From NCBI RefSeq assembly GCF_006345805.1, contig NC_043015.1, positions 48,112,001 to 48,176,000 on the forward strand: a DNA stretch of 64,000 bases, written 5' to 3'. Below the pieces are notes generated by a model. It saw only the letters and a list, made by a program, of their open reading frames with translations. It ran no database searches and had not been told where the DNA came from. This DNA is from Octopus sinensis. Taxonomy: Eukaryota. Of this stretch, positions 48,070 through 61,091 are shown piece by piece. Both the position numbers and the translations under genes were made by a program. How positions within the stretch are numbered: position 1 is the stretch's first letter; each line of letters begins with the position of its first letter.

Positions 48070-48862
48070 CAATGTATAACTGTAAATATTGTTTGTGCAA
48101 ATATAGTCCAAAGTTGATATTCATGTATGTATGTGCATATGTAGACGCATGTGTGTATGTGCATATGCACATGTGTATGTTAATGTGTACATACATATAT
48201 GAATATATATTTGTATGTACATATGCATGTATGGGTGTGTGTATAGATATGCATGTGTGAGTATACATACAAATATGAGTGTGTATATACAAATATGCAT
48301 GCATGTGTGTACACACATATATGCATGCATGTGTGTATACACATATGCATGCATGTGTGTACATACATATATGCATGTGTGTACATACATATATGCATGT
48401 GTGTACACACATATATGCATGCATGTGTGTACATACATATATGCATGTGTGTACACACACATATGCATGCATGTGTGTACATACATATATGCATGCGTGT
48501 ACACACATATATGCATGCATGTGTGTACATATATGCATGTGCATGTACATACATGTGTGCATGTGTTACATATGTGTATATATGTGTGTGTGTATATACG
48601 TGTGTGTGTGTGTGTGTACATATGTGTGGGTGTGTGTGTACATACGTGTGTGTGTGTACATACGTGTGTGTACATACGTGTGAGTACATACGTGTGAGTG
48701 TGTGTGTGTGTGTACATACGTGTGTGTGTGTACATACGTGTGTGTGTGTACATACGTGTGTGTGTGTACATACGTGTGTGTGTGTACATACGTGTGTGTG
48801 TGTGTATATACGTGTGTGTGTGTGTGTGTACATACGTGTGTGTGTATGTGTGTGTGTGTGTA
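48070..48862. repeat. Compound alternating purine-pyrimidine micro/minisatellite
   Basis: Blocks of tgcatgtgtgtaca(c/t)acatata and tacatacgtgtgtgtgtg units. Confidence 0.95.
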
Positions 48863-49332
48863 AAAAAACAAGCAGTAAAAAAAAATGAAAGAAATATGCC
48901 AAATATTGATAAAAAAAAGAGGAATTTAATATCTAAAATGCTGTCATTTCACACCTTTTACTGGAATGACAGCATCAAGTTATGGAGTGACATTTACATA
49001 TTCCAGAACTTCAATTTTCCTCTTCCCTAAATCTTTTATTTTCCTGTGAACTTTCGTCTTAGTTTCACTGGCAGATACTTAATAATTTGACGGGTGACCT
49101 ACAACTTCTTCCAGACAATTAGGGATTGGTGGTGTCTCTTCTAAACAACCCTACTCATATGTACAAACAAGTTACAAGGCATTAAAAAGAAATCTTTTCT
49201 GAGGTTTTTGAAATTATGTCTCAATACCTTCTCTTGTTTGTTCTGTGGCTGCTGTTTTTTTTTTCTCTCTTTGGTCAACCTCAAGCAGACTTTTTAGATT
49301 GCATGAAAGCTTGTTCATAAGCAGTCATGTTT

Positions 49333-49337
49333 ATACA

Positions 49338-49371
<34 letters not shown>

Positions 49372-50530
49372 CATATACATACATACATATATACATACAT
49401 ACATATACATACATACATACATACATACATACATACATACATACATACATACATACATAACATACATACATACATACAAACATATATACATACATTATAT
49501 GCATTACATTACATGTGTTACATACACACTTTACGTACCATACATAACATGTATACTTACATACATATACACACAAATTACATTACATACATAATGCATT
49601 ACATTACATGTTACATACCATACATTATACGTATATACATACATAACACTACATTCATGCATACATTACATTCATACATACATTACATTCATGCATGCAT
49701 TACATTCATGCATGCATTACATTCATGCATACATTACACTCATGCATACATTACATTCATACATACATAACATTACATTCATGCATACATTACATTCATG
49801 CATACATTACATTCATGCATACATGACATTATTGCATACATGACATTATTGCATACATGACACTCATGCATACATTACATTCATGCATACATTACATTCA
49901 TGCATACATTACATTCATGCATACATTACATTAATGCATACATGACACTCATGCATACATTACATTCAAGCATACATTAAATTATTGCATACATGACACT
50001 CATGCATACATTACATTCATGCATACATAACATTACATTCATGCATACATTACATTAATGCATACATTACATTAATGCATACATGACACTCATGCATTCT
50101 TTACATTCACGCATACATTACATTCATGCATACATTACAGTCATGCATACATAACATTCTTGCATATATTACATGACACTCATGCATACATTACATTTAT
50201 ACATACATAACATTACATTCATGTATACATTACATTAATGCATACATTACATTAATGCATACATGACACTCATGCATACATTACATTCACGCATACATTA
50301 CATTCATGCATACATTACATTCACGCATACATTACATTCATGCATACATTACACTCATGCATACATTACATTCATGCATACATGACACTCATGCATACAT
50401 TACATTCATGCATACATTACATTCATGCATACATTACATTCATGCATACATTACATTCATGCATACATTACATTCATGCATACATTACATTCATACATAC
50501 ATAACATTACATACATACATGACATTCATG
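49333..50530. repeat. (TACA)n grading into a 17-bp minisatellite (catacattacattcatg)
   Basis: Read directly; variant units catacatgacactcatg and catacattacattaatg are interspersed. Confidence 0.95.
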
Positions 50531-50847
50531 CATAAGTCAGCAAAATGGCAGAATCAGAAGCACATTAGGCAAAATGTATTTCACCCGTCTTTTACATTCT
50601 AAGTTCAAATTCAGCTGAGGTCGACTGTGCCCTTTCCTCCTTTCAGGATTAATAAAATAAGTACCAATTGAACACTGAGGTTGATGAAATCGACTCCCCA
50701 CCCTGCCCTTAAGTTTGCTGGCTTTGTGCCAAAATTCAAAACCAATATTAATAACAACAGTACCCATTGTCATGATTATGAGGTCAATATAGACAACTGA
50801 ATGCTTTCCCTAAATTCTAACAGTAAATTCCCCTTAATAGACTTTAA

Positions 50848-51068
50848 CCCTTTAGCATTCAGATTTCTCTGTCAAATGTAATGTTTATTTATTCACATTG
50901 ATTTGAATTAGTCAAGCCTTACCTTGTAGCTTTGAGATTTCAATGAGGTGGTTGTCTATTTTTAGGGTAATATTGTAGGGTAAGTGTGATAAGCTGAATA
51001 TGGCCAGTTTGAATATAAAACAGATGGCCTGTTATGGCTGGATGTGGCCAGTTTAAATGCTACAAGGA
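50848..51068. mobile_element. Second piggyBac-type MITE family
   Basis: TTAA|CCCTTTAGCATT start and degenerate aatgctacaagg end; related copies at 3061-3258, 16070-16285 and 45837-45955. Confidence 0.65.
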
Positions 51069-51240
51069 GTGGAAGGGATACCATTTCAAGACCTAAATTT
51101 AGATTAATTTCCCTTTCAATAAATACAAAATGGCTACAGGCTCAAATGTTGATAAAATGTTTCCTTTGATAACATACACACGTTATGAGTCATATCAGAC
51201 ATGACTTAATAGAAACTTTTTTCTCCTTGCTTCAAAATTA

Positions 51241-53404
51241 TACACAATGTGATCAAAAGTATCTGGATACCCCATGAAACGTGTTTATCATAAAGGATAA
51301 CACAGTAGATCACAGAGGATGCCACAGTACTAGCGTTTACCGAAAGGCGGCGAGCTGGCAGAAACATTAGCATGCTGGGTGAAATGCGTAGCCTTATTTC
51401 GTCTGTGCTTACGTTCTGAGTTCAAATTCCGCCGAGGTTGACTTTGCCTTTCATCCTTTCGGGGTTGATAAATTAAGTACCAGTAACGCACTGGGGTCGA
51501 TATAATCGACTTAATACGTTTGTCTGTCCTTGTTTGTCCCCTCTACGTTTAGCCCCTCGTGGGTAGTTAAGAAATAAGTACTACCGTTTACCATGCAGAA
51601 TCACTCAAAACCGTCCAACCCATGCTAGTATGGAAAACGGCCGTTAAATGATGATGATGATGATTATGATGAATATATGGTCAGCGATCTCAGTAGCCAA
51701 CAGACAGCACTAGGCAGCAGAAGAGGACATTCTACGGAACTAATGGACTTTCAACATGGTCAGGTGGTTGGGTGCCACTTATCTATAAGCCCGTGTGTGA
51801 GATTTCCACTCTCCTGAACATCCCTAAGTCCACTGTTTCCAATGTAATAGTGAAGTGGAAACAGGAGGGGATGTGTACAACCCAAAAATGTTCAGCTTGA
51901 TCTCCCATGTTAACCCCTAGAGACCTTCGAATGTTGAAGAGGATTGTACAGCATAATTGTCTATCATCAATCACCACCGTCACACAGGAATTCCAAACTT
52001 CAGCAAGATCTACTCCAAGCACCATAACTGTTCAGCACAAGGCGTTGAAACTTGGTTTCCATGGAAGAACAGTTGCCCATAAGCCAGACATCATACAGAC
52101 AAATGCCCAACGCTGCCTCATGTGGTGTAAAGAATGTGAAACCGGACTATAGAACAGTGAAAAACTGTTGTGACAATCCAATGGTAGGCTGTGGGTGTGG
52201 CAAATACCAAGTGAATGATATGCACCAGCCTGTATACTGCTGATTGTGAAATTCGGCAGTTGTGGGGTCATGGCGTGGTCAGGTTTCTCCCAGAGGGGGC
52301 TTGGACTCCTTGTTGCTTTATGTGACACTGTCGTGGCACAAGCTTACACTGACATTTTAATCACTTTCAGTTTACTAACCATCGCAGACCAGTTTCAGGA
52401 TGACTATTGTCTTTCAACATAACCAAGCACCCATCCATGCTACACAGGTTGTAGGGGTGTGGTTTGACAACAACAATGTCCCACTAATGGACTGACCTGT
52501 ACAGAGTCTTGATTTTAACCCTTTTGTTACTCTTTACTCTTTTACTTGTTTCAGTCATTTGACTGAGGCCATGCTGGAGCACCACCTTTAATCGAGCAAC
52601 TCGACCCCGGGACTTATTCTTTTGTAAGCCCAGTACTTATTCTATCAGTCTCTTTTGCCAAACCGCTAAGTAACGGGGACATAAACACACCAGCATCGGT
52701 TGTCAAGCAATGCTAGGGGGCAAACACAGATACACAAACACACACACGCATATATATATATACATATATACGACGGGCTTCTTTCAGTTTCCGCCTACCA
52801 AATCCACTCACAAGGCTTTGGTTGGCCCGAGGCTATAGTAGAAGACACTTGCTCAAGGTGCCATGCAGTGGGACTGAAACCGGAACCATGTGGTTGGTAA
52901 ACAAGCTACTTACCACACAGCCACTCCTGTGCCTGTATTTATTTTGAGATGCTCTGTGTTTCTTTCAATTAATTTTAAATATAACAATGAATTTAGTAAA
53001 ATCACCTAGTTATCATTCAGCTAGTGTTAGGAACATAAATTGTGACTAAGGTTTGGTGGAAGATTTTAATTCAAAATTTATGAAAACAAAACATTTGTAC
53101 TACAGAGCCAAAGCCGGTTTCAGACGGGTTGGTATCTAAAGGGTTAAATCCCATTGAACATATCTGGGATGTTTTGGAATGCTGACTTCATGCTAGGCCA
53201 CACCAACATCAATACCCTTGCTCATTTTGGTGCTTTGTGAAGAATGGACTGCCATTTCCCAAGAAACCTTCCGCCGCCTATGAGAGAGAGGAGGCTGTTA
53301 TCAAGGCTAAAGATGGGCCAACACCATATTGACTGCCAGTGTTCCTGATGGAGGGTGACCTAAACTTGTATTTCATTATCAAGTGTGTGTCCAGATACTT
53401 TTGG
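51241..53404 (+). mobile_element. Decayed Tc1 element with terminal inverted repeats, interrupted by nested insertions
   Basis: Left end tacacaatgtgatcaaaagtatctggatac; right end gtgtccagatacttttgg. Protein remnants ELMDFQHGQVVGCHLS, KPVCEISTLLNIPKSTVS, LGFHGRTVAHKP, NPIEHIWDVLE. Confidence 0.85.
52519..53143. mobile_element. piggyBac-type MITE inside Tc1, itself split by a family A SINE (52530-52933)
   Basis: TTAA at 52515-52518 and 53144-53147; CCCTTTTG and AAAGGG ends. Confidence 0.85.
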
Positions 53405-53512
53405 TGGTGGTGGTGGGTGGTGGTGGTGGGTGGTGGTGGTGATGGTAGTAGTAGTAGTAGTGATGGTAGTGGTGGTGATGATGGTAGTAGTAGTAGTAGT
53501 GATGGTAGTGGT
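53402..53512. repeat. (GGT)/(AGT)n microsatellite overlapping the right Tc1 end
   Basis: Read directly. Confidence 0.9.
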
Positions 53513-53771
53513 GCTGCCATATGTTAAATGGATGTGCAACATGGACCCTCACTCAATCCACTATCATATCATCTCTTCGCAATTGCTTAACCATTCATCG
53601 ATCCATCCATCATTTCCATCCACTATTCCTGGGAGAGTCATGGGGGGAAAAGCCCTTAGGTACCTCCTCCATAGGGTTGTATCAAAAGCAACTGTCATTA
53701 GACATTCCAGCTAGACTCCCAAGCACGACCAACTAAGACAATGGATATCCAGCCATCTTACTCTTGGTATA

Positions 53772-53998
53772 CTGGCAGAAACGTTAGCACGCTGGACGAA
53801 ATGCTCAGCGGTATTTCGTCTGCCGTTATGTTCTGAGTTCAAATTCCGCCAAGGTTGACTTTGTCTTTCATCCTTTTGAGGTCGATTAAATAAGTACCAG
53901 TTATGCACTGGGGTCGATATAATCGACTTAATCCGTTTGTCTGTCCTTGTTTGTCCTCTCTGTGTTTAGCCCCTTGTGGGTAGTAAAGAAATAGGTAT
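53772..53998 (+). mobile_element. tRNA-SINE family B, near-consensus copy
   Basis: Complete head and body ending aaagaaataggtat. Confidence 0.88.
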
Positions 53999-55407
53999 AC
54001 CCCTAGGTCTCCTGCCATTTGGCTCAGCTTGAAGAATCTGCATATAAATAAAAGTCATGTGATTTTTATTTCTTTTACAGGTGGGGTGGCCTGAGCTGGA
54101 GCCCCACTATAAAAAGAAAAAAATCAATAGCCAAGTAGAGTTGTATTATATTTATAAACTGTTGCTATGGTATTAGAGAAGTTGGATCAAATAACTTTAT
54201 TTCCTTTATACAAACAGCTGCAATGAGAACAAAAACATATATATATATAAAAATAAAAAATAATTTGCTGTCCACTGGCAGATACTGTATTATTAGCTTA
54301 GTGAAGCAGTTAGTTTGGTAGATATTTTAAGCCGAGACCACAATTCCTATCAATTAGCACTTACTATTATTCAGAAGCTACTAAATTCACAATTGCCAAT
54401 GTTGATTTTGTTGACTAAGATTACCAACCAAATGGGAGACAGGGTCAAAAACTAGTGAATGGTGGTGATTTATCAAGTTTTGTAGGTCAACAACAAATTC
54501 TGGGTTTAGTCAGGACAGAACTGAAGCTTGTTTCATGACCATGTGGTCTTGGGTTCAGTCTCACTGTGTAGCACATTGAACAAGGGGCTTTTACTAAAAC
54601 TCTGGATTAAATAAAGCTTTGTGAGTGGATTTGGTAGACAGAAACTGAAAGAAGCCTGCTGTATATGTGTGTAGGTTAATGTACCCTTGCCTGGACATCA
54701 CATGATGGTTGTAAATGGTCATCATTCATTTCCAGTCTTCTGCAAAAAAACTTATCTGGCAATGGGAAAATATTATTTTACTTGGACACAGGTGAGGGTT
54801 GGTGAAAGGAAAAGCATCCAGCCACAGAAAATCTGCTTCACCAAATTCCATCTAACACGGAAAAGTGGACATCAGTGATGATGATGGTGTTGGAATTTGT
54901 AAGATATGGATTGCGTATGAATAATATTTAATAATTACCAGAAAATAGGTAATGATTCAGTATCTTAAAGGGTGTTTCAAGTATGGGTGAACAAAAAGGT
55001 GTTTGATTAGAAGGGAACAAGAACTTTAGGGGCACAAATAGTTCTGCTGATATACATTACTTACTTAATTCCACAAAATGTTTTGCTTAGACACCTTTAT
55101 TTAAATGACAAACTTCTGTGTTTATGATCTTCCATCCACTTGATGGAATATACATTTGTTCCTCAACCACTTCCAATCGATAACTTCATTTTTAGGTTAG
55201 ACATACTTTGACAGCATTTCATTTTCCTTAGCAAATTAAGTTTGGTCACAGAGGGACTGGAACCACAGAATTTTGTAGTGTCATTTGGAAATGGAATTTA
55301 ACTTTTTTCAACTCCTCCCCTAATGTTGTTTATAGCAATTGGAATATTGTACAATCCAACTGTTTTGAAGTAACTCAGGAGAGCTAGTTATTTTCAGACC
55401 TTACAGA

Positions 55408-55830
55408 TATACCTATTTCTTTATTACCCACAAGGGGCTAAACACAGAGGGGACAAACAAGGACAGACAAAGGGATTAAGTCGATTAGATCGACCCCAGT
55501 GCCTAATTGGTACTTAATTTATCGGCTCTGAAAGGATGAAAGGCAAAGTCGACCTTGGTAGAATTTGAACTCAGAACGTAACAGCAGACAAAATACCTAT
55601 TTCTTTATTACCCACAAGGGGCTAAATACAGAGGGGACAAACAAGGACAGGCATAGGTATTAAGTCGATTACATCGACCCCAGTGTGTAACTGGTACTTA
55701 ATTTATTGACCCTGAAAGGATGAAAGGCAAAGTCGACCTAGGTGGAATTTGAACTCAGAACGTAACAGCAGACAAAATATGGCAAAGAATTTCACCTGGC
55801 GTGCTAACGTTTCTGCCAGCTCGCCGCCCT
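55408..55830 (-). mobile_element. tRNA-SINE family B dimer
   Basis: Junction gacaaaatacc|tatttctttatt near 55595. Confidence 0.85.
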
Positions 55831-56390
55831 AAGATATACCTCTCCATACCTCCTGGTCTTGTTTGTAGCCTTCATAAAACAACATGCTGAAATCACAGTT
55901 TAAACTACAATTGCTCTATTAATGGCAGTTAGTTCAGTTGAACACACTTTTTGATATTATTTGGTGGTATGTAAAAAGTACCCAGCACACTGTTGAGTGG
56001 TTGGCATTAGGAAGGTATCCAGCCATAGAAACCATGCTATAACAGACAATTGGAGACTGGACAGCTCTCAGCTGGTCAGCCCCATGTCAAGCCGTCCAAC
56101 CCATGCCAGCATGGAAAGTGGATGTTAAATGATGATGATGCTGTTATTGTTGTTGGGTTTAGTCCCGATCAAGCAACTCATGGCATGTAGGTGAATGATT
56201 ATGTGTATGAAGGTGTGGTGTGGCAGTCTTAACAAACAAGTCATGGATTAAATGACCAGGTGTGTCCTACAGATGTGTCATTGCAGGTAAACTATGCACT
56301 AGTTAATTGCATGGCGGCCAGTGTGACAGTCTTGACATGTAGGTAGTTGATTAAATGATCAGATGAGTCCAATAGACATATCATTCCAGG

Positions 56391-56791
56391 TTACTCTTTA
56401 CCCTTACTCTTTTCCTTGTTTGTCATGTGACTGTGGCTATGCTGGAGCACCGCCTTTAGTCGAGCAAATCGACCCTCATGACTTATTCTTTGTAACCCTA
56501 GTACTTATTCTATCGGTCTCTTTTGCCGAACCGCTAAGTTACGGGGACGTAAACACACCAGCATCGGTTGTCAAGCGATGTTGGGGGGGAGGGCAAACAC
56601 AGACACACAAATACTCACACACACATATACATATATACAATGGGCTTCTTTCAGTTTCCGTCTACCAAATCCACTCACGAGGCTTTGGTCAGCCCGAGGC
56701 TATAGTAGAAGACACTTGCCCAAGGTGCCATGCAATGGAACTGAACCCGGAACCATGTGGCTGGTAAGCAAGCTACTTACCACACAGCCAC
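56391..56791 (-). mobile_element. tRNA-SINE family A copy
   Basis: Reverse complement of family A. Confidence 0.87.
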
Positions 56792-57231
56792 GAAGGCCAG
56801 TGTGACAATCTTAACAGGTCACCCGGCTATACAGTATACATTAGTACATCTGTTAATTCTAGTGGTAGTTACAATGGAAGAAGAGAATAGGGCAACGGTT
56901 ATTGTCACTTCGCACTTATCATTGACGGTGTACATACAAGTATAATGTTTGGTGGTGGTGGTAGTGGAGAGTTAATTAAACTAATTATGCTAGTGGTATT
57001 TCTACTTGTAAGTGTTTTATATATTTACCTTGACTGATTGGGAAACCTAGTATGTTTTTATAATAGTTTCTTTCTATTTTTTTTCTTTTTCTTGGTGAGA
57101 GTGATTGAGCATAAAGTGTGTAGACTATGATGGCTGGAGATTGTCACAGTAATGACCTGTACACACTGACATGTAACAGGTGGCAACTTTAATTTGTTAT
57201 TGATATTTAGCCTCAGGTAGTCTATCAACGA

Positions 57232-58238
57232 TATATATATATATATAATAAAATACAAAATGGGACAAGAACGCAAAACATCCGGACAACTAGGTGATAC
57301 AAAAAGGGACAACAAAACATCCGGATAGACGATACAAGAAAAAAACAAGGACGGGTCATTCGAAGCCTTTTTATCTTCATTCAAGAACCGGATCATCCTC
57401 GCAAAATCGGCTGATTAATCTTGAGGTTGCTCCAATCTGGCCATAAGGCTGGTTAGCCGGTTTTTATGTCCTATAAGTGACCAAGGTTACAATACTCTCA
57501 ATGAACAGGACACTGGCCGGATTCAGAGGCCGGTTTTTTTTGGGTTTTTTTTTTTTTTTTTTTGAGGGGAGGGTACAAGTCGACGACATCAACTCCAGTA
57601 CTTCACTGGTACTTTATTTTATCGACTCCGAAAGGATGAAAGGCTGGATTTGAACTCAACATTAAAACAAAAAAAAAGCCGAAAGAAACGCCGCCAAGCA
57701 ATTCGTCCGACGTCTTAAGGATTCGGCCACCTCGCCGCTGAACGATAATAGCCGTCATCAAAAACAACTCAGGCTACGACTATCCTTTGTTTTCAGTCAT
57801 TGTGTATCTAAGGCTACATTTATTCAGTTTCTAGACAGTAGGGAGTGATGTGAAGAAAATTTAATCTCTTGTTTGTCCGTTATTGTGCATCGATTTTCTT
57901 TTAGCTGCGTTACATGACGTTTGTCAAACAGCGAACATTCTCACTGCAGTGGACTTTTTACTTAACAGTAAATACACATAACGCTGCTGCCAATTTGTCG
58001 CAACGAACTTTCCACTGTTACATAAATTATTAGGGGCGAGCTGTGAGAATTTAGCGGATTTGAGAATTTCACTATAATCGTAATTTTTTTCCTTTTTTTT
58101 TTTTTTGTATGTAAAAATTAATATTCAATTGTTTATACATGAAAAAAAAAATGAAAAACAAACGCTCCTATAATTAGCGAAATTTAAATCTTTAACAAAT
58201 TTCAAGTCGAAACAGTTTGAAATGATAGATCTATCATT

Positions 58239-58285
<47 letters not shown>

Positions 58286-59300
58286 AAATACAAAATGGGA
58301 CAAGAACGCAAAACATGCGGACAACTAAGTGATACAAAAAGGGACAACAAAACATCCGGATAGACGATACAAAAAAAAACAAGGATGGGTCATTCGAAGC
58401 CTTTTTATCTTCATTCAAGAACCGGACCATCCTCGCAATTTCGGCTGATTAATCTTGAGATTGCTCCAATCTGGCCATAAGGCTGGTTAGCCGGTTTTTA
58501 TGTCCTATAAGTGACCAAGGTTACAATACTCTCAATGAACAGGACACTGGCCGGATTCAGAGGCCGGTTTTTTTTGGGGTTTTTTTTTTTTTTTTGAGGG
58601 GAGGGTACAAGTCGACGACATCAACTCCAGTACTTCACTGGTACTTTATTTTATCGACTCCGAAAGGATGAAAGGCTGGATTTGAACTCAACATTAAAAC
58701 AAAAAAAAGCCGAAAGAAACGCCGCCAAGCAATTCGTCCGACGTCTTAAGGATTCGGCCACCTCGCCGCTGAACGATAATAGCCGTCATCAAAAACAACT
58801 CAGGCTACGACTATCCTTTGTTTTCAGTCATTGTGTATCTAAGGCTACATTTATTCAGTTTCTAGACAGTAGGGAGTGATGTGAAGAAAAATTAATCTCT
58901 TGTTTGTCCGTTATTGTGCATCGATTTTCTTTTAGCTGCGTTACATGACGTTTGTCAAACAGCGAACATTCTCACTGCAGTGGACTTTTTACTTAACAGT
59001 AAATACACATAACGCTGCTGCCAATTTGTCGCAACGAACTTTCCACTGTTACATAAATTATTAGGGGCGAGCTGTGAGAATTTAGCGGATTTGATAATTT
59101 CACTAGAATCGTAATTTTTTTTCTCTTTTTTTTTTTTTGTATGTAAAAATTAATATTCAATTGTTTATACATGAAAAAACAAAACAAAATACAAACAAAC
59201 AATCAAACGCTCCTATAATTAGCGAAATTTAAATCTTTAACAAATTTCAAGTCGAAACAGTTTGAAATGATAGATCTATCATTAAAAAAAAATATATATA
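57232..59300. repeat. Near-identical tandem duplication, unit about 1035 bp
   Basis: taataaaatacaaaatgggac begins at 57246 and 58281; both units end gatagatctatcattaaaa; the joins lie in (TA)n. Confidence 0.95.
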
Positions 59301-59572
59301 TGTATTTGTGCGTGTGTATAATGTAAAAGAAAACGTAATCTCAAATGACAAAATGCAATTTAAGAATGTAAATTATCTTCAATATTCCGATACAGCATAT
59401 AAATTATATAATTCTGGTCGTTAACAAAATAATTTTCAATATATTGGGTCTCCGTCCACACCCACAGAATGTACAAAAACAATAAATACACGCACGTATT
59501 ATAAACATATACACCACCCACGTATTATATAAATGTAGACAGATTGAACTTATGTCTAAATTATAAACTTAC

Positions 59573-59613
59573 TTCAGAACGTTTGGACTTGTCCGTTTTT
59601 TATCGTTCTCCAT
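59573..59613 (-). CDS. Candidate distal first coding exon: MENDKKRTSPNVL(K)
   Basis: attATGG context; near-consensus donor AA|gtaagt in phase 2, matching exon 2; TCAGT initiator-like motifs upstream. Its link to the malic enzyme gene is inferred. Confidence 0.5.
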
Positions 59614-60696
59614 AATTCCGGTGTAAAGAGGAACTACAACCAGTTGATGTTTGATTAATGAAACCAGCTGACTACTGACTGATAATGATAAACCTCCTTT
59701 TAAAAACCCGAGACCAGAAAAACAACAATACACAAAAACACTGATTACACAGCACAAATAGTTTTTGTTATTCTTTTCTTTACTTCTTTTTTTCTTTTTT
59801 TTTTTTTTTTTTTTGGTTTTTATAGCTTAAACTGATTTTTTAACCATTTATTTTGATTTTACGTAACCTGAGTAGCGGTAGCCCGTGCCGAGAGGACGAC
59901 GAGCGGGCGAAATGCTAAACAGCATTTCGTCCTTCTTTACGTCCTGAGTTCAAATGCTGCCGAGGTCCACTTTCGCTTTCGTCTCTTTCGGGGTCGTATA
60001 AACCAGTTGAAGACTAGTGCGGTGGAGGGGCGATGTAATCGGTTTAACCTCTTCGCCGATATTGCAGGCCTTGCGCCAAAATTTGAAACCAATATTAGGG
60101 ATTACCAAAAAGGTTTAATTTAAAATCTATTTCGAAACACAATTTCATTAAAATAAAATATAATATAAAAATTATAAGAAATTATAAATCTGAAAACTTT
60201 TTGTGCGAAGTGTCGTGTTGGAGAAGCAGAAGCGCAAAATTAATCATTAAATTTGCATTAAGCTAACATTTTTATTGTGAGAATTAAATGTACAGTAAAC
60301 GCTTATTGTTTAGAAAAGAACAGTTAAATTAAAATTACAGACGCGGGCATGGCTGTGTGGTTAAGAAGCTGGCCTTGTAATCATGTGGTCTGGGGTTCAG
60401 TCTCAGTGCTGCTTTACGAATGGATTTAGTACTTTGCGAATGGATTTAGAAGACGGAAACTGCGTGGAAACCCGTCGCATATATCAGATATAAGCGGGCT
60501 TGTCACCAGACTCTGGTGCCTGGGGGTGCTTCGGAATATTCTGGGTGGGCACTAATTTGTAATAATGCTAAGTGCATCACTGTAAATCTGAGAGTGCACC
60601 ATTGGGTACTGATGGGGGCAGTGCCGTCCAGTGCACACCCTTAACAACGGACATGTATATATGTGTGTATGTATGTATATTGCGGAGGCCCCACCC

Positions 60697-61024
60697 CTTC
60701 AGTCATGACTGACCATGGGATTGCACCTAGGAAGTTACTCTCCCGGGCACAAGTCCAGGAGGGTTGTTTATGGAAGACCAGCAGTCGCCAATGCATATCA
60801 GCCTCTTTTCTCCACACCATCAGTGTTATCCAAGGGAAAGGGATAAGGCCGATACAGCTTGGCACCTGTGACATCGCAGCTCTTTTATACAGCTGAGTAA
60901 ACTGGAGCAACGTGAAATAAAGTGTCTTGCTCAAGAATACAACACGCAGCCCGGTCCAGGAATCGAACTCACAACCTCACAATCGTAAGCTCAACGCTCT
61001 AACCACTGAGCCATGCGCCTTCAC
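60697..61024 (-). mobile_element. tRNA-SINE family E copy
   Basis: Minus-strand head gtgaaggcgcatggctcagtggttagagcg...gagttcgattcctggacc. Confidence 0.85.
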
Positions 61025-61052
61025 ATGTATGTATATATATGTGTGTGCGTGC

Positions 61053-61091
<39 letters not shown>

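Noticed and set aside
48041-50602. Many long ORFs (up to 240 aa) rich in H/T/Y/V/C/M
   Set aside because: They are translations of stop-poor micro/minisatellites on both strands, with no protein-family signal.
55040-55150. Strong minus-strand donor TAA|gtaagt as another first coding exon
   Set aside because: The nearest upstream ATG frame ends in a stop before the donor. A non-coding exon is possible but unsupported.
57330-57400. Possible degenerate hammerhead in the minus-strand T-rich element (gaatgaag...cttcgaatg)
   Set aside because: The core deviates at several positions and no stem I is evident; only the (TA)n-adjacent architecture was kept as an observation.
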